Shown: one piece after another, positions 21,664 to 31,117 of the stretch
Layout: each line of letters opens with the position of its first letter
Numbering within the stretch: the stretch's first letter is position 1
NCBI GenBank assembly: GCA_046350815.1
Contig: JAXLZO010000001.1
Coordinates: forward strand, 960,001 to 992,000
Reading direction: 5' to 3'
DNA: 32,000 nt
Source of the DNA: Candidatus Saccharimonadota bacterium
GTDB taxonomy: Bacteria; Patescibacteriota; Gracilibacteria; BD1-5; UBA2023
Notes under the pieces: generated by a model
What the model was told of the DNA's origin: nothing
Databases searched by the model: none
The model's input: the letters and a program-made list of their open reading frames with translations, nothing else
Position numbers and translations under genes: made by a program

Positions 21664-23430
21664 TTAGACAAGAATAATTTCATCTGCTTCCTCCTCATCC
21701 TGGAGATAACCATCTTTCTGCATATCTACCATTTCTCTATAAACTTCGGATATTTTATAAAGCTCTTCATGTGATCAATAGGCAATCACCTTGCCATGAT
21801 CCATGAGGATGATCTGATCAGCATGCATAATCGTTGAGAGGCGATGGGCAATAACAATACTAGTTCGTCATTTCATCAGATGATCAAATGCATCTTGTAC
21901 TTGCCTCTCTGTCTTAGTATCGAGAGCGCTCGTTGCTTCATCGAGGATGAGTATCTGAGGATTCGCGAGAATCGTTCGAGCGATAGCTAGACGCTGCCTC
22001 TCGCCACCAGAGAGCTTGAGTCCACGCTCCCCTACTACCGTATCAAGTCAATCTGGAAGTCCCGAGAGAAATTCATCAAGATGTGCCTCTTTGCATGCGC
22101 GTATAATATCTTTTTCCGTAATATCATCACGAACATAGGAGAGATTATGTCGAATGCTATCATTAAAAAGGGTAGTGTCCTGAAAGACAACTCCAAAGAG
22201 CGATCGATAGTTCTCAAGAGAATAATCCGTGATCTCATGATCGTCGAGCTTGATCGATCCATCTGAGTAATCATAGAGCCTCAGGAGAAGCTGGGTAATG
22301 GTTGATTTGCCACTTCCTGTATGCCCAATAATAGCCGTATGAGATCAACGAGGAAAGGAAATCGATACATTATCAAGGACCTTTCGATGATTTGATGGAT
22401 AGGAGAACGAGAGATTGGTGATTTCGACTCACTTTTTCACTTTTTGAATCAGTCGTACCCCCATATCTCGCTCGCTATCAAGAGCAAATACCTCGAGCAT
22501 TTTCTCATAATGAGCACTGTCTTGGTGAAGTTGACCAAGCTTATCCAATATCATCATCAATGGTCCAAATATCTTATCTGCAAGTGAGATGAAAAAGAAG
22601 AATGTTGCAAGATCGATATGATCATTTTGCAGAAAAAGAACACCGACGATGATTGCAATTGCTCGAATAAAAAGTGTGAAAAATTTACCAAATGAGTTAA
22701 ATACTACCCAGAATTTTCGAATTTTTTTCTGAGCTTCTCATGCTCATGAGGCTCGGGATCGTAGTTCTTGATCTTCTCTGCACATACGAGCGAATACTCG
22801 TATTATCAGAAGGTTCGTGAAACCATCTGATAGTCGATCAAAGAGTCGATCCCAGAGTTTATTTGCTATTTTTTGTTTTGAATGAGCATTGGATCCAGCA
22901 TAATAAACTCACCAAGCCATCAATGGCATGAACAGAAGTAATATTCCCATAAAAGCAGGTGCAATGATAAAACCACTCACAAGAAGAATAAGAATCATTA
23001 AAACTTGCGGGAGAATGTCCAAAACCACCGTGTCAAGAACTCACCAAATAAAATCATTTGCTCGAGTAATCGAATTTTGTTTTTCACCATTCTGTATATT
23101 TCGATGATATTCAATAGGAAGTGATTGAAATTTTCTCATTCATTTAAGAAGAAACTGAAAAAAATCCTCATTTGCGCTATCGAGCAGGATGACACCATAT
23201 AGATAGCGAATTCCTATGGTTGCTATAGAGGTCACAATCCAGAGAATAATAATCCCAGAAAGCACCAAAATAGACCAAGAATCCTGAAATGCCTGAATGA
23301 TGTATTTGTAGAAGAATGGCTCACTTGAGAGAAGGAGAACGAAGATGATCAAGAGGAACATAAGCTTCTTCCAAATCTTTTTTGTATTGGGATATTCACC
23401 CAGGAGAGCACAGAGAGTCGAGAGTTGCAT
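21664..23430 (-). CDS. ABC exporter, fused permease/ATP-binding protein
   Basis: N-terminal TMD, Walker [10 protein letters not shown], signature [16 protein letters not shown], Walker [13 protein letters not shown], and LMK-G(TGA 21868-21870)[13 protein letters not shown]. 588 codons; stop TAA. Confidence 0.88.
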
Positions 23431-23614
23431 AAAAATAATGATCGTACGAATAGAAAAAGTTCATCCGAGATGGAAGGATAACAGATAGTTGCTTAGAAAA
23501 AGATGATATGGTACACGATGCGAGAGAAAGATATTTTGATGCTATCATATTCGTGGCAAACAGCATTTCAAATAAAAATATGATTACCTCTCATAATCCT
23601 TACTTTTAAATTTT

Positions 23615-23647
23615 TTGACAAATTGTTATATTAATTTAATATAACAA
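23615..23647 (+). promoter_or_regulatory. TTGACA -35 box with overlapping perfect 12-1-12 palindrome (putative promoter/operator)
   Basis: TTGACA at 23615-23620. TTGTTATATTAA-T-TTAATATAACAA at 23623-23647 covers a TAATAT -10-like hexamer. It sits 17 nt upstream of the ATG at 23664. Confidence 0.4.
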
Positions 23648-23663
23648 AATAATCTATTGAAAA

Positions 23664-24290
23664 ATGAATATTGAATCATGAATATACATAGACAATCCGC
23701 TCCCCTCCATTCAAGAAACAACACATGAACATAGTATTATGAGACATGGGAAGATTTGTTGTGATATCTTAGACCGAGTTGTCATAACACTCCACCCTAT
23801 TGAAAAAAGGATATTTCAATTTTTTCATCAGCAATCACAGTGTGTACAAAAATACTACGAAAATACATGAGTATTGCTCAAATCATTCGATGAAATGTGT
23901 ATACCAGAATATGGCCATATGAATACTATCCTCGAGAAAATACGAGATAAGATAGGATGAATCGAGGTGATAGAATGATGAAAACTACGTGCATATGGAT
24001 GAGTTCATTATCATGTGCCAACACATCGAGACAATGAGCTCATAGACAGACATATTCATATGCCTGAAAGGATGAGGAATCTTATCGTCGTTCTCCATGG
24101 GCAAATTGAGCTCGCGCTCCACGAAGAAGATACTATACGAGTCATGCAACTTACGAAAGGTGATATTGCCTCAATTGATGTCATGGAAGAACACAGTGTT
24201 TTACTCCCCATAAATCACCAACAGAACCCACTCAGTATCATTGGGATTATGCTCCTCGATGATACTCGACGACATGAGCATATTTGATAA
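23664..24290 (+). CDS. hypothetical protein, possible winged-helix (Trans_reg_C-like) regulator
   Basis: ATG 23664. Joins ORF-track piece 24015..24287 through several TGA codons and ends TGA-TAA (stop 24288-24290). The segment ITLHPIEKRIFQFF...NTILEKIRDKIG loosely resembles an OmpR/PhoB-type DNA-binding domain. Confidence 0.4.
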
Positions 24291-25059
24291 GGCTCTAGAC
24301 AAGAAGAATCATCTTCTTACACTAGTTCCATATGATCAAATACAGTAAAATCAGCTCTGAGAAAATACGAGAAATTTTGAAGCTATTTTTAGGAGACTTT
24401 ACTGCCACTCAAACATCAGAACTTCTCGAAATATCTCGTAACACTATTAACAGGTACTATGCTATATTTCGAGAAGAAATTGTGAGAATATCTATTGAAG
24501 AGTCATCAAAGTTTTGAAAAGAATTCTGAGAATTTGAAATTGATGAGAGTTATTTCGGTGTAAGACGAGTCAGAGGAAAACAATGAAGATGAGCGGCTGG
24601 AAAAACACCACAGTGTTTGGACTTCAGAAAAGAAACTGAAATGTCTCTGTAAGTATTGTTCCAGATTGTAGTAGAGACTCATTAATACCTATAATATACG
24701 AGGAAAAGTTCTGGAATGATCCACGGTCAACTCTGATGGTTGGACAAGTTATGATGGGCTTATACTCAATGGATACGAACATTATAAAGTATTTCATTCA
24801 CACAATGCACCACACAGGCATACACTTCGTTAAGTTTGCGAGATGAAAAAGTCATGTAAACGGTATAGAGGCATTTTGGAGTTTTGCAAAACGAAGAATG
24901 ATCAAATTAAACTGAATCCGAGCAGATAAATTTCATCTTCATTTGAAAGAATGCGAGTTTCGGTATAATTATCGCAATAAGAAAGAAGAAGCCTTACGGC
25001 TCCTTCTTACGAAGATTAGCGAAACGCTAAATTATTCAAATGTTTGCTTGTCTAGAGTC
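24291..25059 (+). mobile_element. IS1595-family insertion sequence (decayed)
   Basis: Terminal inverted repeats GGCTCTAGACAAG (24291-24303) and CTTGTCTAGAGTC (25047-25059) match at 12/13 positions. They enclose an ISXO2-like transposase reading frame. Confidence 0.65.
24332..25035 (+). pseudogene. IS1595/ISXO2-like DDE transposase, at least 3 frameshifts
   Basis: N-terminal HTH, then EIDESYFGVRRVRGKQ-G-R-G-AAGKTP. The frame slips near 24611 (VFGLQKRNGNVSVSIVPD), near 24693 (IRGKVLEGSTVNSDGWTSYDGLILNGYEHYKVFHS) and near 24810-24830 (HVNGIEAFWSFAKRR...LHLKECEFRYN). Confidence 0.7.
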
Positions 25060-25086
25060 TCGAAAATTATCTTTTGTCATATTTCT

Positions 25087-26088
25087 GTGACTCATGCATC
25101 CCACTATGATGATCGTCGATCTCACCAGCGTAAGCGAGGAGAGTCGAGATTGTCCTCTCAAAAACATAGTATCACTTTTCTCTCAAGGGACTCACAGCAA
25201 GCATTTTGGATAGTCGCCCGGGTCATCCAGCGTCCAGATCGTGAGGTACTTGTTTTGCTTTCTCAAGGCTCAACTAACACACTCAAAATCGAATCAATTA
25301 TACGTTGACATGTGATCTGAGATCATATCTGTGTTCGTGATGGAACATATATAGGGGTATATGAGCAATCGCATACACTCTGTAGGATGAAAGGAGATAG
25401 CGACCGATATTCACTCGGTGTGAGGCGAGAGCAAACGATCGCTACCAATATCGATACGATCGTTATTGTTGCTTCTGTCTCGCAGCCACACTTTCAGCCA
25501 TGATTTCTCGATAGATATTTGCTCCTCTCTGAGTACTGTCAGATCCCAGCAGTCATTGTCCTGACCAAATCTGATCTTGCGCTGATACCACATGATCTCC
25601 TTGCTCCCTATCGGGATATACTCAAACTCCCAATCTTCATCACGAGCAGTGATGATCCAGATTCACTCTCGTCACTTCGTTCGTATTTGTCTGATAAGGT
25701 TTCGGTATTTGTCGGAAAAAGTGGAGTCGGAAAATCCACTCTGACCAATTGTCTCCTTGGTCGTGAGGTTGCTACTGAGGGTGAGGTATCTCGGATCGAT
25801 CAGCAATGACGACATACAACGACTGGCTCAAGTCTGTATTCACTACCAGATGGTGGATATATCATAGATACTCCCGGTATCCGCTCGCTCGATTTTCTTG
25901 AGCTAAAGCATTCAGAGATACGATTGTATATGTCTGATATTGCCAAGATTGGACTATCATGTCACTATCGTAGCTGTCTCCATCAAGGTGAAGATGGATG
26001 CGCTATACAAGATGCTATAAAAACTTGATTACTCTCAAAAGCTCGATATGAGAGCTATATTCGCCTCTTGAACGAAGCAAAAAAATAA
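25087..26088 (+). CDS. rsgA: ribosome small-subunit biogenesis GTPase RsgA
   Basis: OB-fold region, NIDTIVIVAS, LTKSDL, P-loop GKSGVGKSTL, QQ-G(TGA 25807-25809)-RHTTT, DTPGIR and zinc knuckle CHYRSCLHQGEDGCA. Stop TAA 26086-26088. The start is uncertain: GTG 25087 is the first start-like codon after the IS right end. Confidence 0.8.
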
Positions 26089-26118
26089 CCCTCTATGGTA
26101 TTGGGGGTTAGGCTTCTT

Positions 26119-26138
26119 CTTAGAAGATTTTATAAATA
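26119..26138 (+). repeat. 20-bp direct repeat, copy 1 (IS-end-like, TAGAAGATTTTA core)
   Basis: CTTAGAAGATTTTATAAATA versus TCTAGAAGATTTTAGAAATA at 26756-26775, 17/20 identical. The two copies bracket a very AT-rich segment with no convincing ORF. Confidence 0.4.
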
Positions 26139-26755
26139 ATATTAAATCTTCTTATTGTATTAATGTGGCATAAGCCTCTTTTTATGATTGATTTTAAGTA
26201 CTTTTCTGAGTTTTTTTGAGCGAATAAATTATAGTTAAAATTAAAAAATAAATCAAAATAACAGGAAAGAACAAAAATCCATATATAAATAACGGTGGAA
26301 CCATCCCTTCTCATAGGTATACATTATTTCCTGAAACAATGTATAGAAATATATATAAAATGGTTCACAATAAAAACGGAAGGAGTCCTAGATATGTATT
26401 ACTCATTTCAATTTTTCCATAAATGTCTCGTCTTCGTAAGATAATGTATTTATTATATCTTCTTCAAAAGATATATAAGAATAAAAATAGACTTATTATA
26501 TACGATATGACTTGCTGTGAATTAAAAAATATATGTAAAAAGTTTTTTATAATAATTCATATTATATATGTTATTGTAACACTTATAATCAAAGTTTCAA
26601 TTGATCTCCAGAAAAATTCTTTTCAGTTAACTTTTTCATCTGATGGGATATCTCCAAAAATCCATTTTGAAAATTTACTATTCATATAAGTGAAGTTAAT
26701 TGTAAGTACGGATTACTAGTATTCTTTCTTAGAAATGGTTTCCCTGACTCTTGTG

Positions 26756-26775
26756 TCTAGAAGATTTTAGAAATA
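26756..26775 (+). repeat. 20-bp direct repeat, copy 2
   Basis: See copy 1. It contains the same TCTAGA core as the IS1595 inverted repeats. Confidence 0.4.
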
Positions 26776-26831
26776 CCTAAGATTTTCTAGGCTTTTTTAT
26801 AAAAAGCTTTAATCATTTTAAGAAGTTCTTG

Positions 26832-26984
26832 TTACAGTTCAATATTTGTTTTCGTATAGCGCCATTCACACTCTTTAAGATGCAAATGAAAGTTTACTCT
26901 CACTCAGTTAAACTTACTCAACCTTCTCTGTGTATAGGTCATCAACATGGACTTCATTACATTTGTCAATCCGCTATACCCATA
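26832..26984 (-). pseudogene. IS1595-like transposase C-terminal relic
   Basis: The minus strand reads ...TYTQRRLSKFN-G(TGA)-VRVNFHLHLKECEWRYTKTNIEL*. This is homologous to SFAKRRMIKLN-G-IRADKFHLHLKECEFRYN of the 24.3-kb IS. The N-terminal two-thirds are absent. Confidence 0.55.
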
Positions 26985-27106
26985 TAGCAATGTATTTTGA
27001 TATGATTATCTCGTGTTTTGTTGGCTCATTATTCTGATTTGTCTTTGATTGTATGTGTGCAATGGATCAGATGGGTGGGGTGTAGCTCATGCGGTTGCGG
27101 TAAATG

Positions 27107-27856
27107 CTAGATGTGTATCATTTTCTGGAGTGCTTCAAATTGTTTTATCTGGCCATCAAGACGAATGCATAACTCTTGCTGTAAGTGCACATGATGCAAT
27201 CATCTTGCCTGATCCTTGGCTCTTTCGAGTACTGACACTTGCTCTTGTATAGTAGTGGTAAGGGTGTGCTTTAATGCTGATAGGTAGTCAATAATATGCT
27301 TGTTACTTTCTCAAAATAGTAACCACATTTGTTCGTATTGCTTTTGATTGAGTTTGCTTCGTAAAATTTTTGCTACATAAGTAAGTCGTTTTTGGAGTGT
27401 GTAAATTTTCTGCATTTCTTTACTTACTGTTTTGATTTTTTCAAAGCTTTGCGCACTATCCAGGCTGACCCTATTGCCCTCTGTTTGGTGAAATTGTATA
27501 ATAGCATCCAGACTCCGTACGACGTACCGGTTATATATATTTATTAAAGGGTTGCTAACACATATATAGATTACTACCCAACTAACTGGTATTAAACTGA
27601 ACATCCCTCATATAAAAACCAAAGATTGCACTAGTGGATGCAGCTCGGGGTGATTGTCTACATATGTGGCACATGCTCAAAAAATCAGACCAACTAGAAG
27701 CATTATTATGACAGTCAAGATTTTGCTTTTTGCTTTATTATTTTCCATATTAATCCTGTGTAGATTGGATTGAAGAAGTCTGTATCCTTCTAAGATATTT
27801 TCTGGAGTATCACTTTCTCATGTATGTGTGACTTCTGATGGGATTACTTGTGTCAT
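27107..27856 (-). CDS. 2TM + coiled-coil protein, paralogue A
   Basis: ATG 27856. ORF-track piece 27311..27604 is extended on both sides through TGA. Two TM helices (ILTVIIMLLVGLIFGACATY, FIGGMFSLIPVSWVVIYICV), then a long helical region. C-terminal tail is LQQELCIRLDGQIKQFEALQKMIHI; stop TAG 27107-27109. Confidence 0.55.
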
Positions 27857-27890
27857 ATAAAATTTTGATATTACTTATCTTTTGCACTCA

Positions 27891-28544
27891 TTAGTATGCT
27901 TGTATTTTTTCTTGCAGCTGCTCAAATTGTATTATCTGCTCGTGGAGCCTGAGCTGCTGCATATGAAGCACGCCGACAGCGTCCTCTCTCTCACCTAGCT
28001 CTGCGATATTTTGGGAGAGGGCAGAAGCGAGTATATCTTTTTGTCAGTCTATATTTTTTGAGAGTTGTGATTTGAGCTCATGACCGAATTCGATCAAAAA
28101 ATTGAGTTCTATTATGAGCTTTTTGATTGTTTTTTGATAGCTTTCTTCGGTGAGAGTAAAAAACAAGACATTTTTTACTCTACTAAAATACCATATATTT
28201 TTCTGTATTTGGTAGAGGCAATCAAGGATTTCATCGGTATTCCGAGTATCTTTTGACTGCTCAAATAGAGAGAGGCTTGTATCCATGCTCTTAAATAAAA
28301 GAGTCATTCATTGGGTTGTTACCACGACAACAATAGTAAAAATAATTGCCATTCATCCTGTAAAGATCATATAATTTTCTATATCTTTTGAGGTATCAAT
28401 CCCAAACAATAGCAAAATGAAGCACATGATAGCAAAAAATGGAAGCAATAAAGCTAGGGTTGGCACTATACCCATGATACCTGACCACTGCATATCTTCC
28501 ATGAAGCTTATTATTTTTCGCTGTTGAGTTATATCTTCCTCCAT
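27891..28544 (-). CDS. 2TM + coiled-coil protein, paralogue B
   Basis: Pieces 28353..28544 and 28044..28307 and a tail are joined by TGA. Two TM helices, then a helical region. Tail is LHMQQLRLHEQIIQFEQLQEKIQAY; stop TAA 27891-27893. Confidence 0.55.
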
Positions 28545-28547
28545 AGA

Positions 28548-28646
28548 CTATATAGTTATCTGCTCTATCCAGCGAGTGTAGATACTCATATCGACCATTT
28601 TGAGAGATGAGGAAGTTTCTTGTATAGTTTTTCTGAGGTTATCCAT
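28548..28646 (-). pseudogene. orphan duplicate of the last 32 codons of the AAA+ ATPase gene
   Basis: MDNLRKTIQETSSSLKMVDMSIYTRWIEQITI* compared with the ATPase C-terminus ...MDNLRKTIQETSSSLKMVDMSIYTRWIEQIKL*. It begins exactly at an ATG, and its TAG stop is 3 nt before the paralogue B start. Confidence 0.7.
28564..28646 (-). repeat. 83-bp perfect direct repeat, copy 1
   Basis: Identical base-for-base to 29372..29454. Flanking sequence is diverged. Confidence 0.95.
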
Positions 28647-28657
28647 TTATCTGGGGG

Positions 28658-29350
28658 TTATTTTGTAGGTGTATTGTTTTGTAGTTTTTTCTGCAGGAGT
28701 CAAAACTGCTCTATCTGTCGATCAAGGCGAGCTTGGATATCAGCGGTCAGTGAGGGTCTCTGGAGTCAGTTGACTTGCTCTCTAGCACTCTCGAGATCAT
28801 CGATCTGTATCGTGAGTTGAGAGTGGAGCTCTGACCTGAGACGAGAGATCTCTTGTATCATATAGAGTGAGCTCTCACCTAGGAGTGTGCGTAGCCGCCC
28901 AGAGACAGATTGGAGCAATCTTGACTGGGATTGCTGGTAGAGCGTTTCATGAAGCTGATAAACAAGATATATCTTGTTAGTAATTTCCATAATAACACTG
29001 TTGTTTTTATATTGCCATTCTTGATTGTTTTGTATAGCATGAAATGTTGCCATTGCGTTACATATTTGTTGTATTGGCCTGAGAGTAACATATATACAGC
29101 TTCTCCGTATAATAGCCTCAAATCAAAGCCCAGTGTAGAGTAGCATTATAGCTATTAGTATGAAGCCATTCTTGGGTACTATTTGGCTAAAAAAGTTAGC
29201 TGCATGCAAATAGTACATTGCAGGTAGTCATATACAGAGGTAGAAATATAATAAAATCCTTTTTGTACGATGCTCCGTTGCTGATCCGTATATCCGTATT
29301 GAATTACTGAGCTCTGTATATGTTTTTATTATTTCTTCATGAGTGCGCAT
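28658..29350 (-). CDS. 2TM + coiled-coil protein, paralogue C
   Basis: ATG 29350 lies 5 nt after the ATPase stop. Two TM helices (ILLYFYLCIGLPAMYYL, FILIAIMLLYTGLGFEAII). Piece 28766..29053 continues through TGA to the tail IQARLDRQIEQFGLLQKKLQNNTPTK; stop TAA 28658-28660. Confidence 0.55.
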
Positions 29351-29355
29351 AATTT

Positions 29356-30621
29356 TTATAATTTTATTTGTTCTATCCAGCGAGTGTAGATACTCATATC
29401 GACCATTTTGAGAGATGAGGAAGTTTCTTGTATAGTTTTTCTGAGGTTATCCATCGTGATCTCGTGTCCGAGGAGATTGTCTTCTGTGAGAGTCCCGGCT
29501 TGTGCCTCATCTATGAGCTCGAGGAGGTTATAGCTCGCATCCCTCGCGACCTCATCACAGATTGCTTCGATATCTGCGGATACGTACCCATCACTGAGCT
29601 GAGCTAGCTCATCATAGTCGAGAGTCTCATGTGGACGACCAGCTCGCTCGATATACATCAAAAACAGTGCCTTTCGAGCATTGGTATCTGGTGGTCCGAG
29701 GTAGATTTTTTTGTCGAGACGCCCAGATCTCAGGATCGCCGAGTCGAGATGGTCAGGACGATTGGTAGCGGCTATGACAATCAGATTTTGCACCTCTGAG
29801 AGAGCGTTGAACTCTTGGAGAAATTGAGAGAGTTCCTCAGCTTTATGGGCGTCAGATCATGTAGTACGTGATGATACGAGCGAGTCTATCTCATCGAGAA
29901 AAAGTACGATCGGCTCATCCTTTGCTGCAAGCTTTGCACCGTCAAAAAATTCCTTGATATTCTTCGTCGTTTGATGTTGATACGACGAACCAAATTCCCC
30001 CATATTTTTGGAAATAAACCCTGCTCAGAGTTCTTCCGTAAGCTTCTTGGTTATATAAGTCTTTCCTGTTCCTGGAGGACCATAGAAGAGAAGTCCTGTC
30101 GGGATCGATACCTTGAATTTCTCATAGAGCGAGAAGAGATCTTGGTAGAGCTTCGTATTTTTTTCATCCATTTTCAATGAGTCCTCCTTTTCTTCATCTG
30201 ACTTCTCCGAGCCTTGCTTCTCGATCGCACGCATACGAAAAGCAAATTGAAGTGGACGCACAAAACTCTCGGTGAGCTCCTTTTTGAGGTCATCCATGCC
30301 AGCAATTCATGCAAATCACCATGTCTGTGGATTGTCTTTCTTAAAGTGTTTCACCTCAATAGGCAAAGACGGCGTATCATCCTTTTTTTGTGATGATGAT
30401 TGTGTCGTAGTGTCGATAGGATTTTTAGGGATTTGAAGCTCTGAAAAAGTATCATGGAGATGTTTGTTCGTTTCTTTGAGAGCCTTTTCAGCGGTTGTCA
30501 TAGCTTCTTCGAGCGATTCAAGAGATGATTGTTTCAAATCTCCATTCGCTATTTTTGCAAATTCTGGAGAGCTCGTCACTGCATTGAAGAATGCATCAAA
30601 TCATGGTTGTGGAGTGGACAT
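29356..30621 (-). CDS. AAA+ ATPase (classic clade, single AAA module) with low-complexity N-terminal region
   Basis: Pieces 30316..30579, 30025..30297 and 29356..29793 share one frame joined by TGA. Motifs: QTW-G-FA-G-IAGMDDLKKEL, Walker A GPPGTGKT, Walker B VLFLDEID, and second region of homology IAATNRPDHLDSAILRSGRLD. ATG 30621; stop TAA 29356-29358. Confidence 0.85.
29372..29454 (-). repeat. 83-bp perfect direct repeat, copy 2 (3' end of the ATPase gene)
   Basis: See copy 1; the two copies are spaced 808 bp apart. Confidence 0.95.
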
Positions 30622-30630
30622 AGTTGGTAT

Positions 30631-30951
30631 TTAGATGCTATTCTCTACTTTTTGTGCTGATTGCAAGTGGAGATTAAAGTTTTTTTCGAGAAGATCTATG
30701 ACTTCAGCGTTTTCACTACTCTTTTGCGAGAGAGATTGATGAATCTGATGGATTTCTTGCTGATAATTTTGAAGGTCTTTTGTATGAGATTGAATCCAAT
30801 CTGTAAGAATAGATTGGAAATGCGATAAATTCGATTTCATGTCACGATCTTCATTTTGAAGCATATCCTGAAGAGGATAATTTTGATTATTCTGAAGACA
30901 AAAGAAGAAGGATTTTTTATGGAGAAGATTGATGATGTGAGAAAAACTCAT
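30631..30951 (-). CDS. small Q/H-rich coiled-coil protein
   Basis: First ATG at 30951 (the ORF track starts at TTG 30972). Ends TAA 30631-30633, 9 nt before the ATPase ATG. Sequence has a heptad-like character (LQNYQQEIHQIHQSLSQ). Confidence 0.4.
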   Translation of the reverse strand: MSFSHIINLLHKKSFFFCLQNNQNYPLQDMLQNEDRDMKSNLSHFQSILTDWIQSHTKDLQNYQQEIHQIHQSLSQKSSENAEVIDLLEKNFNLHLQSAQKVENSI

Positions 30952-31084
30952 ATATGCATCTTTCCATAGCAATGTTATGCTTTGTATCTGATAAGCTATT
31001 TCTGCGATATTACGTAATTAAAATCTTGTGTGATATTGTACAGGATTTTCTCAAAAAAAGCAAAATACACATACATTTGCACAC

Positions 31085-31104
31085 AAAAAAGAGCCCGAGG
31101 GCTC
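31085..31104 (-). terminator. GC-rich intrinsic terminator
   Basis: The minus strand reads GAGCCCTCGGGCTC followed by TTTTTTGTGTG, 13 nt after TGA 31118-31120. Confidence 0.75.
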
Positions 31105-31117
31105 AGTTAGGATATAA

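Noticed and set aside
26120-26689. ORFs 26120..26314 (-) and 26423..26689 (+) in the AT-rich spacer.
   Set aside because: They have extreme Ile/Lys/Tyr/Phe/Asn low-complexity composition driven by AT content, with no motifs and no operon context. They are most likely non-coding IS debris.
28786-28840. CTAGCACTC...GAGTTGAGA resembling a CIRCE (HrcA operator) half-site.
   Set aside because: The second arm does not match GAGTGCTAA, the spacing is wrong, and the sequence lies inside the coding region of paralogue C.
17831-29454. The 90-bp and 83-bp direct repeats as CRISPR arrays.
   Set aside because: Each repeat has only two copies, spaced 530 and 808 bp apart. They are far longer than CRISPR repeats, one lies inside a coding sequence, and no cas genes are present.
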